From: an uncultured Alphaproteobacteria bacterium
GTDB taxonomy: Bacteria; Pseudomonadota; Alphaproteobacteria; HIMB59; GCA-002718135
DNA length: 64,000 bases
NCBI GenBank assembly: GCA_902605135.1
Contig: CACLBK010000001.1
Span: 38,583 to 102,582 of the forward strand
Direction: 5' to 3'
The first letter of the stretch is position 1, and each line of letters starts with the position of its first letter. The notes beneath the pieces are model-generated. The model worked only from the letters and a program-made list of their open reading frames with translations, was not told the origin of the DNA and did not search any database. Below are positions 13,586 to 24,046 of this stretch, one piece after another. Both the position numbers and the translations under genes were made by a program.

Positions 13586-13779
13586 TGAATAAAAAAACAA
13601 ATATAAATGACAAAAAAATTCAAGACGAGATTTTAAATTTGAAGAAATCACTCTTAAATTTAAATTTTCAGAAGTCTTCGGGTCAACTTGAAAAAACATC
13701 TAAGATAAAAGATGCAAAAAAACAGATAGCAAGGCTTAAAACAAAATTGTCAAATACAAATGGAGAGAAAAATGCCTAA
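13585..13779 (+). CDS. rpmC: 50S ribosomal protein L29
   Basis: 64 aa. Position between rplP and rpsQ and an L29-like helical, basic sequence support the call. Confidence 0.9.
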   Translation: MNKKTNINDKKIQDEILNLKKSLLNLNFQKSSGQLEKTSKIKDAKKQIARLKTKLSNTNGEKNA

Positions 13780-14017
13780 AAGAATTTTGTCTGGTAAAGT
13801 TGTTTCTTCTAACTCAAATAAAACTATAACAGTAGACGTTACAAGAAGAGTAAAACATAAACTCTACAAGAAAATAATAAAGCAAACAAAAAAATACCAC
13901 GCTCATGATGAAAATAATGAATTTAACGTTGGTGATACAGTTTTTATCATAGAGTCTAAACCCATCTCAAAATTAAAAAAATGGAAAGTAATGTCAAATA
14001 CTGGAGAAAATAAATGA
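13772..14017 (+). CDS. rpsQ: 30S ribosomal protein S17
   Basis: Track ORF 13760 is trimmed to the [10 protein letters not shown] start (81 aa). Either start overlaps rpmC. Confidence 0.9.
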   Translation: MPKRILSGKVVSSNSNKTITVDVTRRVKHKLYKKIIKQTKKYHAHDENNEFNVGDTVFIIESKPISKLKKWKVMSNTGENK

Positions 14018-14382
14018 TTCAAATGCAATCAAAACTTTTTGTTGCTGATAATTCTGGAGCAAGAAAAATCCAATGTATTAAGGTCTTAGGAGGATCAAAA
14101 AGAAGATCCGCTTCTATTGGAGATATTATTGTGGTTTCCATTAAAGATGCCTTACCACGAGCTAAAGTAAAAAAAGGTGATGTTTTTAAAGCAGTTATTG
14201 TTAGAACATCTAAAGATTTTAAAAGATCTGATGGTAGTGCAATTAGATTTGATAAGAATGCTGCTGTTTTATTAGATAAGCAAGAGGAGCCAATTGCCAC
14301 AAGAATATTTGGTCCAGTAACAAGAGAATTAAGAAGTAAAAAATTTATGAAAATTATAAGTTTAGCGCCAGAGGTAATTTAA
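14014..14382 (+). CDS. rplN: 50S ribosomal protein L14
   Basis: 122 aa starting [16 protein letters not shown]. Confidence 0.97.
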   Translation: MIQMQSKLFVADNSGARKIQCIKVLGGSKRRSASIGDIIVVSIKDALPRAKVKKGDVFKAVIVRTSKDFKRSDGSAIRFDKNAAVLLDKQEEPIATRIFGPVTRELRSKKFMKIISLAPEVI

Positions 14383-14696
14383 TGAACAATAAATTCAAAT
14401 TAAAAAAAGGCGATGAAGTAATTATTCTAGCAGGAAAAGATAAAGGTAAGACTGGAAAAATTGTTAAGATGATCCCTAAGCAGATGAAAGCAATTGTTTC
14501 AGAAATAAATCGAGTTAAAAAAAATCAAAAGCCTGATAACAATCAACCAGGTGGAATAATAGATAAAGAAATGCCTATGCATATTTCTAATCTATCTTTT
14601 TATGATCCAGAATTAAAAAAAGGAATAAGAATTGGTTACAAATTTGATAACAATAAAAAAATAAGATTTAATAAATCTTCGGGTAAGGACATATAA
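14382..14696 (+). CDS. rplX: 50S ribosomal protein L24
   Basis: 104 aa with the KOW motif KKGDEVIILAGKDKGKTG. Confidence 0.95.
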   Translation: MNNKFKLKKGDEVIILAGKDKGKTGKIVKMIPKQMKAIVSEINRVKKNQKPDNNQPGGIIDKEMPMHISNLSFYDPELKKGIRIGYKFDNNKKIRFNKSSGKDI

Positions 14697-15248
14697 ATGA
14701 GTAGATTGTTAGAGGAATATAATAATCAAATTAAACACGATTTGAAATCTAAACTTGGTCTAAAAAATATGTTTGAAGTTCCAAAGTTAAAAAAAATTGT
14801 TTTAAATATGGGTGTTGGAGAAGCTAAAGATGACTCTAAATTAATTGATAAAGCAATGGCAGACCTATCATTTATTTCAGGACAGAAAGCAATTAAAACT
14901 AATGCAAAAAAAGCAATCTCAGGTTTTAAAATAAGATCTGGTATGCCCTTAGGTGTAAAAGTAACACTAAGGAATAAAATAATGTATGAGTTTCTTGATA
15001 GGCTTGTAAATATTGCAATACCAAGAATTAGAGACTTTAGAGGATTAAATACCAAAAGCCTTGATGGTAACGGAAATTTTTCTATGGGTATTAAAGAGCA
15101 TGTTATTTTTCCAGAAATAAATTTCGATAAAGTTGAAAAAATAAGAGGTATGGATATTACAATATGTACATCTGCAAAAAATAATAACGAGGCTATAGAG
15201 CTGTTAAAAAGTTTTAATATGCCTTTTAAAGAAAATCAGATTAATTAA
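14697..15248 (+). CDS. rplE: 50S ribosomal protein L5
   Basis: 183 aa with the [11 protein letters not shown] block. Confidence 0.97.
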   Translation: MSRLLEEYNNQIKHDLKSKLGLKNMFEVPKLKKIVLNMGVGEAKDDSKLIDKAMADLSFISGQKAIKTNAKKAISGFKIRSGMPLGVKVTLRNKIMYEFLDRLVNIAIPRIRDFRGLNTKSLDGNGNFSMGIKEHVIFPEINFDKVEKIRGMDITICTSAKNNNEAIELLKSFNMPFKENQIN

Positions 15249-15256
15249 GGAGAAAA

Positions 15257-15562
15257 ATGGCAAAACTTAGTTCAATTAAAAAAAATCTATTTAGGCAAAG
15301 ATTAGTAGAAAAGTATAAATCTAAAAGAGAGAGTTTAAAGTCCAAAATAAAAAATAAGAATATTAGTTTAGAGGATAGAATTTCTTATCAAAATAAATTA
15401 AATGATCTTCCAAGAAATGGATCAGCAATTAGACATAGAAATAGATGTGAAATTACTGGAAGACCAAGAGGAAATTATAGAAAATTTGGTTTATCTAGAA
15501 TTAAACTTCGTGAACTTTCAATGTCTGGTGATTTACCAGGAGTTGTTAAGTCAAGCTGGTAG
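15257..15562 (+). CDS. rpsN: 30S ribosomal protein S14 (long form)
   Basis: 101 aa with the [21 protein letters not shown] block. Confidence 0.95.
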   Translation: MAKLSSIKKNLFRQRLVEKYKSKRESLKSKIKNKNISLEDRISYQNKLNDLPRNGSAIRHRNRCEITGRPRGNYRKFGLSRIKLRELSMSGDLPGVVKSSW

Positions 15563-15572
15563 AGGGGGTATT

Positions 15573-15971
15573 ATGGCTTTTAATGATTCACTTTCAGATA
15601 TGTTAGCAAGAATAAAAAATGCTCATCAAGCAAATAAAGTATCAACATCTTGTCTTAAATCGAAATTAAATATGAATGTTTTAAGTGTTCTTAAACACGA
15701 GGGTTATATTAGAGATTTTAAAAATATAGAAGAAAGAAAAGGTATTGATTCTATAATAATTGATTTAAAATACTATAATGGAAGCCCTGTAATAAAAAAA
15801 ATTAAAAGAATATCAAAACCTGGAATTAGAAAATATTCTAAAATTAAAGAACTTAGTAAGCCTTATGGGGGTTTAGGAATATCAATATTATCAACCCCAA
15901 AAGGAGTGATGTCAGATCATGAAGCTAAGAAAAATAATGTTGGTGGTGAAATATTGTGTGAGGTATTTTAA
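15573..15971 (+). CDS. rpsH: 30S ribosomal protein S8
   Basis: Track ORF 15402 is trimmed to the ATG at 15573 (MAFNDSLSDMLARIKNA, 132 aa). The upstream extension overlaps rpsN. Confidence 0.95.
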   Translation: MAFNDSLSDMLARIKNAHQANKVSTSCLKSKLNMNVLSVLKHEGYIRDFKNIEERKGIDSIIIDLKYYNGSPVIKKIKRISKPGIRKYSKIKELSKPYGGLGISILSTPKGVMSDHEAKKNNVGGEILCEVF

Positions 15972-16501
15972 TGTCAAGAGTTGCTCAAAATCCAATTAGA
16001 ATTTCAAAAGATATTGAATGTACTTTTAATGAAGGAGTTTTTTCAGCTAAGGGAAAGCTTGGAAATTTACAAATTCCTATTAACTCAAAATTTAGCATTG
16101 ACATTAAAGAAGAAGAGATCAAGGTTATACCTATTAACGAAAATACTAAAGATCCAAGTTGGGGAACAACAAGAGCAATTGTTGCTAACATAATAAATGG
16201 TGTTACAAATGGTTTTACTAAAACACTAGAATTAAATGGAACAGGTTATAGAGCAAGTGTTTCAGGCTCAAAACTAAAATTAGAACTTGGTTTCAGTCAT
16301 GATATTAATTTTGATATTCCCAAGGATGTAAAAATTGAATGTCCTAAACAAAACTTAATTAAGCTTACAAGTATAAATAAAGAAAAACTTGGTGCAGCTG
16401 CAGCTAAAATTAGATCTTTTAGAAAACCCGAGCCTTTTAAAGGTAAAGGAGTTAAATACATTGATGAATACATATTCAGAAAAGAAGGAAAAAAGAAGTA
16501 A
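15971..16501 (+). CDS. rplF: 50S ribosomal protein L6
   Basis: 176 aa starting MSRVAQNPI, in the conserved spc operon order. Confidence 0.95.
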   Translation: MSRVAQNPIRISKDIECTFNEGVFSAKGKLGNLQIPINSKFSIDIKEEEIKVIPINENTKDPSWGTTRAIVANIINGVTNGFTKTLELNGTGYRASVSGSKLKLELGFSHDINFDIPKDVKIECPKQNLIKLTSINKEKLGAAAAKIRSFRKPEPFKGKGVKYIDEYIFRKEGKKK

Positions 16502-16504
16502 TTT

Positions 16505-16837
16505 ATGTTAGACAGAAAACAAAGAGTAAGACACAAAACCAAGAGTGTATCTAATAGAAATAGACTTACCGTTTTTAGGTCAAACAATCACATTTATGTT
16601 CAGTTAATAGATGATAATAATGGTGTAACACTTGCAAGCGCATCATCTCTTGAAAAATCAATAAAAGATAAAAATTTACAAAGAAAAGAAATAGCTGAGC
16701 TTATAGGAAAAAGTATTGCAAAAAAAATTATTGCAAAAGGTATTGATAAGGTTGCATTCGATAGAGGTAAATATAAGTATCATGGTTTAATAAAAATCCT
16801 TGCAGATGCTGCTAGATCAGAGGGTCTTAATTTTTAG
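16505..16837 (+). CDS. rplR: 50S ribosomal protein L18
   Basis: 110 aa ending in [10 protein letters not shown]. Confidence 0.93.
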   Translation: MLDRKQRVRHKTKSVSNRNRLTVFRSNNHIYVQLIDDNNGVTLASASSLEKSIKDKNLQRKEIAELIGKSIAKKIIAKGIDKVAFDRGKYKYHGLIKILADAARSEGLNF

Positions 16838-16845
16838 AGGTATAT

Positions 16846-17355
16846 ATGTTTGAAAACGATAAAAACGAATTGCTTGAACATTTAGTGACAATAAATAGAG
16901 TTGCTAAGGTTGTAAAGGGAGGAAGAAGATTTGGTTTTGCAGCTATTATGATAGTTGGCGATAGTAAAGGTATGGTTGGTATAGGTACTGGTAAAGCAAA
17001 AGAAGTTCCTGAAGCAGTTAGAAAAGCTACCGAAAACGCTAAGTCAAAAATGATTAGAGTTCATTTGAAAGAAAATAGAACTATACACCATGATGTTGTT
17101 GGTAGATTTGGAGCAGGAAAAGTAATACTCAGGGCAGCTGCACCAGGTACTGGTATCATTGCAGGTGGTCCTATGAGAGCTCTATTTGAGTCTATCGGTA
17201 TAAAGGATGTTGTTGCTAAATCAACTGGGACTTCTAATCCCCATAATATGCTAAAAGCAACTTTGAACGCTTTTAAAATATCTGAATCTCCAAAATCTGT
17301 TGCCGCAAAAAGATCAAAAAAAGTTACAGATATTACTAATAGTAAGAATGTTTAA
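16846..17355 (+). CDS. rpsE: 30S ribosomal protein S5
   Basis: 169 aa with the [12 protein letters not shown] block. Confidence 0.96.
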   Translation: MFENDKNELLEHLVTINRVAKVVKGGRRFGFAAIMIVGDSKGMVGIGTGKAKEVPEAVRKATENAKSKMIRVHLKENRTIHHDVVGRFGAGKVILRAAAPGTGIIAGGPMRALFESIGIKDVVAKSTGTSNPHNMLKATLNAFKISESPKSVAAKRSKKVTDITNSKNV

Positions 17356-17357
17356 AT

Positions 17358-17816
17358 ATGAAAATAAATCAATTAAAATCAACACTAATCTCTAGTAAAA
17401 AAAATAAAAGAAGAGGTAGGGGGTCTGGTTCTGGTCTTGGAAAAACATCTGGTAGGGGTGTAAAAGGTCAAAAATCGAGATCAGGTGTATCTATTAATGG
17501 TTTTGAAGGTGGACAAATGCCAATATATCGTCGTTTACCAAAAAGAGGTTTCAAAAATCCATTCAAAACTAAAGTTCAAAATATTAATTTTAATATTATT
17601 AATAACATTATCAAAAAGTACGACCTTGACTCTAACACAATTAAAGAAGTTGAACTATTTGAAAAAAAAATTTTTAAAAAAACTAAGGGCAATCTTAAGC
17701 TATTAAATGTTGGGCAATTAGAAAAAGCAACTAATTTAGAAATTTCATATGCATCAAAAAAAGCAATTGAGGTTTTAGAAAAATTAGGTGGAAAAATTAA
17801 ATTAACAAAGAAATAA
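17358..17816 (+). CDS. rplO: 50S ribosomal protein L15
   Basis: 152 aa with a [15 protein letters not shown] glycine-rich N-terminus. It starts 2 nt after rpsE. Confidence 0.93.
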   Translation: MKINQLKSTLISSKKNKRRGRGSGSGLGKTSGRGVKGQKSRSGVSINGFEGGQMPIYRRLPKRGFKNPFKTKVQNINFNIINNIIKKYDLDSNTIKEVELFEKKIFKKTKGNLKLLNVGQLEKATNLEISYASKKAIEVLEKLGGKIKLTKK

Positions 17817-19157
17817 ATGGCAACAGCTGCAGACAGATTAGCGAATAACTTAAATTTTGGAGCTTTAGGCAAAGCAACAGAATTAAGACAGAGACTTTTA
17901 TTTACATTAGGAGCATTAATTGTTTTTCGTTTGGGAACCTTTTTGCCAATACCTGGAATTAATCCATTAGCCTTACAGCAATTTTTCGAACAACAATCCT
18001 CTGGAATATTAGGAATCTTTGACACATTTTCTGGAGGTGCATTAGGAAGAATGGGGATTTTTGCACTAGGTGTAATGCCTTATATTTCTTCATCAATAAT
18101 TATGACCCTGATGCAATCTGCAATACCATATCTCAAGTCCCTTAAAGAACAAGGCTCAAAAGGTAGACGTCAATTATTACAAGTTACAAGATACGTAACT
18201 GTTATTATTGCTGCAGTTCAAGGATATGGCGTTTCAATTGGTTTAGAATCTATGCAGACAACATATGGAAATATAGTTTTTGAACCTGGTTTATTTTTTA
18301 GATTGACTACAGTTATAACTCTAGTTGGAGGAACAATTTTTCTTATGTGGTTAGGTGAACAAATTTCATCCAGAGGTGTTGGGAATGGAATTTCCTTAAT
18401 TATTACAGCAGGTATTATTGCTAATTTACCAAGTGCTTTTATCAGTACTTTACAGTTGGGTAGAACTGGTGAATTAAGCATTGCTTTTATATTAGGAATA
18501 TTAATTTTAATACTTTTATTAATAATTTTTATAGTCTTTATAGAAAAAGCTCAAAGACGTCTGCCAGTTCAATATCCTAAAAGACAAGTTGGAAATAAAA
18601 TTTATGGAGGTCAAAGTTCACATCTTCCTTTAAAAATAAATACGGCGGGTGTAATTCCAGTAATTTTTGCTTCTTCTATTCTTCTTCTTCCTAACACAAT
18701 GTCAGGATTTGGTGCAGGATCCTCGAGTGATATTTTTATTTTGATTTCTAGTTATTTAGGAAGAGGACAGCCTCTTTATTTAGCACTCTATGCAGCAATG
18801 ATAATTTTCTTTGGATTTTTTTATACATCAATAGTTTTTAATCCCGACGAACAGGCTGAGAATTTAAGAAAGTATGGAGGTTTCATACCTGGGATAAGAC
18901 CAGGAGAAAATACTGCAAAATACATTGAATTCGTATTGATTAGATTAACAACTATTGGAACAATCTATTTAACATTTGTTGCATTACTTCCAGAATTTTT
19001 ATTATCTAGAACATCTATCCCTTTTTATCTTGGAGGTACAGCACTGTTAATTGTTGTTGTAGTTATGATCGACTTTATTACTCAAGTGCAATCACATCTT
19101 TTCCAACATCAGTATGAGGGATTACTTAAAAAAACTAAGTTAAAAGGTAGAAGATAA
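17817..19157 (+). CDS. secY: Preprotein translocase subunit SecY
   Basis: 446 aa polytopic membrane protein at the conserved position after rplO. Confidence 0.97.
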   Translation: MATAADRLANNLNFGALGKATELRQRLLFTLGALIVFRLGTFLPIPGINPLALQQFFEQQSSGILGIFDTFSGGALGRMGIFALGVMPYISSSIIMTLMQSAIPYLKSLKEQGSKGRRQLLQVTRYVTVIIAAVQGYGVSIGLESMQTTYGNIVFEPGLFFRLTTVITLVGGTIFLMWLGEQISSRGVGNGISLIITAGIIANLPSAFISTLQLGRTGELSIAFILGILILILLLIIFIVFIEKAQRRLPVQYPKRQVGNKIYGGQSSHLPLKINTAGVIPVIFASSILLLPNTMSGFGAGSSSDIFILISSYLGRGQPLYLALYAAMIIFFGFFYTSIVFNPDEQAENLRKYGGFIPGIRPGENTAKYIEFVLIRLTTIGTIYLTFVALLPEFLLSRTSIPFYLGGTALLIVVVVMIDFITQVQSHLFQHQYEGLLKKTKLKGRR

Positions 19158-19158
19158 A

Positions 19159-19731
19159 TTGTATAACATAATTTTCTTTGGCCCTCCTGGGGCAGGAAAA
19201 GGTACTCAGGCTAAAATAATTTCCAATCTCTTAAGCGTATCACATCTCTCAACTGGAGATATATTAAGAAAGAAATTACTTGATAAAGATGATCTTGCAA
19301 GTGAGTTAAGATCAATAATGTCTTCTGGTAATTTGGTTTCTGATCAAATTCTAAACCCAATTGTTGCAGCTAGATTAAAAATTGAAGCTAATAATGGTTT
19401 TATTTTAGATGGTTATCCCAGAACATTAGAACAGGCAAAATATCTTGATAATTATCTTTCTGAAAATTCAAATTCAATAGACTATATTTTCAATATTAAT
19501 CTAGATTTTAAATTCTTAAAAAATAGAATATTAAAAAGATCATCTGAGGAAAGCAGAGAAGATGATAAAATTGATGTAATAGAAACTAGATATAACGAAT
19601 ATATTAATTCTACTAAAAAAGTATCAAATCTCTACAAAGATAAATATTCTCCAATTTTTTATGAAATAAATGGATCTTTAAAAATTGAAGAAATAACACT
19701 AAAAATTAGACAAATATTAAAAAAAACATGA
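19159..19731 (+). CDS. adk: Adenylate kinase (short, no zinc-lid type)
   Basis: 190 aa, TTG start, and the P-loop GPPGAGKGTQ. Confidence 0.93.
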   Translation: MYNIIFFGPPGAGKGTQAKIISNLLSVSHLSTGDILRKKLLDKDDLASELRSIMSSGNLVSDQILNPIVAARLKIEANNGFILDGYPRTLEQAKYLDNYLSENSNSIDYIFNINLDFKFLKNRILKRSSEESREDDKIDVIETRYNEYINSTKKVSNLYKDKYSPIFYEINGSLKIEEITLKIRQILKKT

Positions 19732-19818
19732 AAAACAGCCAAAATCCGACATATCTTTTCTTGACTAATCCTATAATTATCATGTATTCACCCTCATTCA
19801 TTTTTTTTGGATTTCACT

Positions 19819-20199
19819 ATGGCTAGAATTTCAGGCGTTAATATACCTACTAATAAGAAAGTAAATATTGCTTTAACATACATATATGGGATTGGAAAAA
19901 AAATTGCCTTAGATATATGTAAAGATGCTTCAATTGACTTGACTAAACGTGTTAGTGAGCTGAATGAGGAAGAAGTTAATAAAATTAGAGATTTGATAGA
20001 TAAAGATTATTCTGTTGAAGGTGATCTAAGAAGGAAAGTTTCATTAGATATTAAGAGACTTAATGATCTTGGATGTTACAGAGGTCTTCGACATCGAAAA
20101 AAATTACCTGTCAGAGGTCAAAGAACTCATACCAATGCTAGAACTAGAAAAGGGAAAGCCGTAGCAATTGCTGGAAAGAAAAAAGTTACCAAAGGATAA
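19819..20199 (+). CDS. rpsM: 30S ribosomal protein S13
   Basis: Track ORF 19807 (TTG) is trimmed to the ATG at 19819 ([10 protein letters not shown]). Confidence 0.95.
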   Translation: MARISGVNIPTNKKVNIALTYIYGIGKKIALDICKDASIDLTKRVSELNEEEVNKIRDLIDKDYSVEGDLRRKVSLDIKRLNDLGCYRGLRHRKKLPVRGQRTHTNARTRKGKAVAIAGKKKVTKG

Positions 20200-20200
20200 A

Positions 20201-20581
20201 ATGGTAGAGAAAAAAAAATCAAAAATTAAAAAAAAATTATCGTCTGGTGTAGCACATATTATTTCTTCATTTAATAATACTATTATTACAATAACTGATG
20301 AAAAAGGTAATGCATTAGCGTGGTCTTCATCAGGTCATAAAGGTTTTAAAGGTTCAAGAAAATCCACACCATATGCAGCACAAATAGCTGCTGAAGATGT
20401 AGGCAATAAGGTAAAAGAATTTGGTTTAAAAAATCTTAAGGTTGAAGTATCTGGACCAGGATCCGGCAGAGAGTCAGCTCTTAGATCTTTGCAATCTATA
20501 GGCTATGTGATTACTTCAATAAAAGATGTAACACCAATACCTCATAATGGATGCAGACCAAGAAAAAGAAGAAGAGTTTAA
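20201..20581 (+). CDS. rpsK: 30S ribosomal protein S11
   Basis: Track ORF 20168 is trimmed to the ATG at 20201, 1 nt after the rpsM stop. It has the [19 protein letters not shown] block. Confidence 0.95.
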   Translation: MVEKKKSKIKKKLSSGVAHIISSFNNTIITITDEKGNALAWSSSGHKGFKGSRKSTPYAAQIAAEDVGNKVKEFGLKNLKVEVSGPGSGRESALRSLQSIGYVITSIKDVTPIPHNGCRPRKRRRV

Positions 20582-20596
20582 AAAAGGAGCGTATAA

Positions 20597-21619
20597 GTGT
20601 TACAAAAAAACTGGAGTGAATTAATTAAACCAACAAAAATGGAAGTTAATGTAGATGAAAACAATGGAAGAATTGGTAAATTAACAGCCGAACCACTAGA
20701 GAGAGGTTTTGGCTTAACATTAGGAAATTCTATTAGAAGAATATTACTTTCCTCATTACAGGGCGCTGCTATTACTTCAGTTAAGATTAAAGGTGTAGTT
20801 CACGAATTTTCAACTATTCAGGGCGTAAAAGAGGACTTAACAGATATACTTCTTAATTTGAAATCAGTTGCTGTCAAAGCCCATTCACCCGGTTTAAAAA
20901 AAATGTATTTAAAATCTACTGGATCTGGAGAATTGAGAGCGGGAAATTTTGAAACTGACTCTGAAACAGAAATTATGAATCCCGATCAGTTAATTATGAC
21001 TCTTGATTCTAATGCTGATCTTGAAATTGAAGCTAATGTTGAGACAGGTAAGGGATATGTCTCTGCTGAAGTTGCTGAAGATGAAAATAAAGTAATTGGT
21101 GAAATTAAACTAGATGCAATGTTTAGTCCTGTAGTAAAAGCCTCTTATAAAATTGAAAATAGCAGAGTTGGGCAAGTAACTGATTTCGATAAGCTAGTTT
21201 TTGATGTTGAAACCAACGGAGCAATTACACCAGATGACGCTATAGCACTAGCGGCAAGAATATTGCAAGATCAACTTCAGCCCTTTATTAATTTTGATGA
21301 ACCTGAGGTATTACCTGATCAAACTCAAGTTGAAGCATTATCATTTAATTCTAATCTACTTAAAAAGGTTGAGGAACTTGAACTTTCTGTAAGATCAGCT
21401 AATTGTCTTAAAAACGATAATATTATTTATATTGGTGATTTAGTCCAAAAATCTGAATCTGAAATGCTTAGAACTCCAAATTTTGGAAGAAAGTCATTAA
21501 ACGAGATCAAAGAAGTTTTGCAGCAAATGGAACTTAATCTTGGAATGTCTGTCCCTGATTGGCCTCCGGATAATATCGACGAACTTGCAAAAAAATATGA
21601 GGATCCTTTTAATAAATAA
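20597..21619 (+). CDS. rpoA: DNA-directed RNA polymerase alpha subunit
   Basis: 340 aa, GTG start. The N-terminal domain has [11 protein letters not shown] and the C-terminal domain has [13 protein letters not shown]. Confidence 0.96.
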   Translation: MLQKNWSELIKPTKMEVNVDENNGRIGKLTAEPLERGFGLTLGNSIRRILLSSLQGAAITSVKIKGVVHEFSTIQGVKEDLTDILLNLKSVAVKAHSPGLKKMYLKSTGSGELRAGNFETDSETEIMNPDQLIMTLDSNADLEIEANVETGKGYVSAEVAEDENKVIGEIKLDAMFSPVVKASYKIENSRVGQVTDFDKLVFDVETNGAITPDDAIALAARILQDQLQPFINFDEPEVLPDQTQVEALSFNSNLLKKVEELELSVRSANCLKNDNIIYIGDLVQKSESEMLRTPNFGRKSLNEIKEVLQQMELNLGMSVPDWPPDNIDELAKKYEDPFNK

Positions 21620-21624
21620 TTTCA

Positions 21625-22062
21625 ATGAAACATAATATTAAAAACAAGAAATTAAATAAAACCAGCTCTCATAGAAAAGCTATGTTTATGAATATGTCAA
21701 ACGCACTAATTAAGCATGAACAAATTACAACCACACTAGCTAAAGCAAAAGAGTTAAAAAGATTTGTTGAAAAGATCATTACCTTAGGAAAAAAAGGTGA
21801 TTTATTATCACGAAGAAAAGCAGTGTCCATTCTGCAAGATCAAAAAATGTCAAAAAAAGTTTTTGATGTGCTTGCTGTAAGATATAAAGCTAGGGCTGGT
21901 GGATATACAAGAATTATTAAGTTAGGTAATAGATACGGTGATAACGCCCCAACTGCTGTTATTGAATTTATTGATAGAGATGAGTCAGCTAAAGGGTTAG
22001 ATAGTGGGCCAGTCATTGAAAAAAAATCTACTGAGGAAGTAGAGCAACAACCTCAAATTTAG
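21625..22062 (+). CDS. rplQ: 50S ribosomal protein L17
   Basis: 145 aa at the conserved position after rpoA, with the [18 protein letters not shown] block. Confidence 0.94.
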   Translation: MKHNIKNKKLNKTSSHRKAMFMNMSNALIKHEQITTTLAKAKELKRFVEKIITLGKKGDLLSRRKAVSILQDQKMSKKVFDVLAVRYKARAGGYTRIIKLGNRYGDNAPTAVIEFIDRDESAKGLDSGPVIEKKSTEEVEQQPQI

Positions 22063-22068
22063 AAAATA

Positions 22069-22437
22069 TTGTTCAACATAATTCTAGTAGCTACAGGTGG
22101 AGCAGCTGGAGCAATACTAAGATTTATTTTAACAAACTTTAGTAAAACTTTATTTACCTCCAGTATTTATGGAACTCTTACAGTAAATATTTTAGGCTGT
22201 TTTTTTATAGGATATCTTATAACTTCAGATTTCTCAAAAAACATAAATGAAAATTTTGTTAAATTTTTTTTAATTATAGGCTTGCTTGGATCTTTTACTA
22301 CTTTCTCAGCATTTTCCTTTGAAGTTGTTAATTTAATTTTTACTAGAAAAATTTTTATAGCATTTATTTATGTTTCAATTTCAATATTTGTCTGTATTTT
22401 ATTTACATACTTGGGAATGCTAATTAATAAGTTTTAA
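22069..22437 (+). CDS. crcB: Fluoride ion channel CrcB/FluC
   Basis: 122 aa with 4 TM segments. It has GTLTVNILGCFFIG and GSFTTFSAFS blocks and a TTG start 6 nt after rplQ. Confidence 0.85.
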   Translation: MFNIILVATGGAAGAILRFILTNFSKTLFTSSIYGTLTVNILGCFFIGYLITSDFSKNINENFVKFFLIIGLLGSFTTFSAFSFEVVNLIFTRKIFIAFIYVSISIFVCILFTYLGMLINKF

Positions 22438-22438
22438 T

Positions 22439-23353
22439 TTGATAAAAAAAATAAACATCAAAAAAGATTACGAAGTTAGATTAGATAAGTATTTAAAAAA
22501 TTTATTTACTTCTCTTACACAAAGTTTTATTGAAAAAAATATAAGAAAGAAAAATATTTTAATTAATAACTCTCGAACAAAAGCAAATTATGTGGTCAAA
22601 TTAAATGATAATTTAATTATATTAAATTTCCATGAAGAACTTTATAAAAATAAAATAGTTTATAAAAAAAATGTTAAAATTTCAGACAATGATCTAAAAA
22701 AGTTTAACAAATCAATTATTTTTCAAAATAACGATTTTTTAGTTATTAATAAGTGGGCTGAGATTGCAACACAAGGAGGTAGTAAAGTAAATATTTCTAT
22801 TGACCATATAATTAAAAATATTAACTCCGATTATAGACTCGTTCATAGACTGGATAAAGAGACATCAGGTTTACTTTTGATTTCGAAAAATTTAAAATAT
22901 GCAAGAAATTTTTCAACCCTTTTTAAGCAAAAACTAATTACGAAGTTTTATATTGCTTTATGTGAAGGAAGTCCCAAAAATAAAAATTCTAAAGTTTTTT
23001 TAAATATAAAAAATAAAAATCAGGAAATTGAAAAAACTATAACTAATTACAGTGTTATTGGTAACAAAAATAACATAACACAAATTCTGTATAACCCTGA
23101 AACTGGTAAAACTCATCAATTAAGAAAAGTTTCTAAAAATCTTGGTTGCTCAATAATAGGTGATCAAAAATATAATATCAATTCTAAGTACAATAGTGAA
23201 AAACTAATGTTGCACGCCTTTGCTCTCAACTTTACAATTAATAAGAAAAAATTTAGATTTACCTCAAAAATACCTAATTATTTCTTAACTTTTATGCAAA
23301 AAAATAAATTAAAATTTGAAAACAATTTAGAAAAAGAATTAAATAATTTTTAG
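22439..23353 (+). CDS. RluA-family rRNA pseudouridine synthase (RluC/RluD-like) with N-terminal S4 domain
   Basis: 304 aa with the catalytic HRLDKETSGLLL motif and a TTG start. Confidence 0.85.
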   Translation: MIKKINIKKDYEVRLDKYLKNLFTSLTQSFIEKNIRKKNILINNSRTKANYVVKLNDNLIILNFHEELYKNKIVYKKNVKISDNDLKKFNKSIIFQNNDFLVINKWAEIATQGGSKVNISIDHIIKNINSDYRLVHRLDKETSGLLLISKNLKYARNFSTLFKQKLITKFYIALCEGSPKNKNSKVFLNIKNKNQEIEKTITNYSVIGNKNNITQILYNPETGKTHQLRKVSKNLGCSIIGDQKYNINSKYNSEKLMLHAFALNFTINKKKFRFTSKIPNYFLTFMQKNKLKFENNLEKELNNF

Positions 23354-23986
23354 TTTTTTTAAAAAAATTCTTTTGAAATTTTCATCAAATTCATTTTGAT
23401 CTATTTTTATTCCCAATTCATACAACGAAGTATTTGAATATTCTTTTAAACCACATGAATGAATTAAATTGTAGTATTCTAAATTGGGATTAATATTAAA
23501 ACTCATTCCATGATATGTTACCCATTTTTTTACTCTGAGACCTATAGCGCCAATTTTTTTTTCCTTATCAAATGTAACTTTGTTATTCTTAATTACCCAA
23601 ATACCCACTCTATCTTTAAATGCCCTTGCTTCAACATTATAATTTTTTAATAAATCAATAACAGAATTTTCGATTATAGAAATAAACTTTCTTATATCTT
23701 TTTTTTTGTTGTTTAAGTTTAACATAAAATAAACAATTCTTTGCCCTGGTCCATGATAAGTTGTTTTACCACCACGATTTGTCTTTAAAACTTCTATAAT
23801 ATTTGGATCTAATATTTCCTCATTTGAAGCACTTGTTCCTTGAGTGAATATATGATTATGATTAAGAAACCATAGTAATTCTTTGGAATTATTTTTACTT
23901 ATGTCTCTTACTCTAGACTCCATAAACAGCATTGCCTCCTTATAGTTTATTTCTTCATTTGATATTTTAATTTCAATCTCATTCAT
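23339..23986 (-). CDS. lipB: Octanoyltransferase (lipoate-protein ligase B)
   Basis: 215 aa with RGGKTTYHGPGQ and KIGAIGLRV blocks. Confidence 0.9.
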   Translation of the reverse strand: MNEIEIKISNEEINYKEAMLFMESRVRDISKNNSKELLWFLNHNHIFTQGTSASNEEILDPNIIEVLKTNRGGKTTYHGPGQRIVYFMLNLNNKKKDIRKFISIIENSVIDLLKNYNVEARAFKDRVGIWVIKNNKVTFDKEKKIGAIGLRVKKWVTYHGMSFNINPNLEYYNLIHSCGLKEYSNTSLYELGIKIDQNEFDENFKRIFLKKLKII

Positions 23987-24046
23987 GTCATTTATATACT
24001 TTATTGATAGTTAATATCCTATCTGATATTTAATTCTACTATATAT

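Noticed and set aside
15402-15572. 5' extension of the rpsH ORF (189-aa version) overlapping rpsN. Similar extensions occur at 9425 (rplC), 13760 (rpsQ), 19807 (rpsM), 20168 (rpsK), 48937 (ABC ATPase) and 53499 (FAD oxidoreductase).
   Set aside because: The conserved protein N-termini begin at internal ATG or GTG codons placed 0-10 nt after the upstream stop. The extensions encode non-conserved sequence in another gene's space.
17576-18025. 149-aa antisense ORF spanning the rplO/secY junction. This is long for AT-rich DNA.
   Set aside because: It lies opposite two very well supported genes. Its translation is low-complexity with no motif. It is a typical shadow ORF created by codon bias of the sense strand.
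19761-19777. Consensus-looking TTGACT and TATAAT hexamers in the adk-rpsM spacer, considered as an alpha-operon promoter.
   Set aside because: They are only 5 nt apart, so they cannot be the -35 and -10 of one sigma70 promoter. No properly spaced partner hexamer is convincing, so I left it uncalled.
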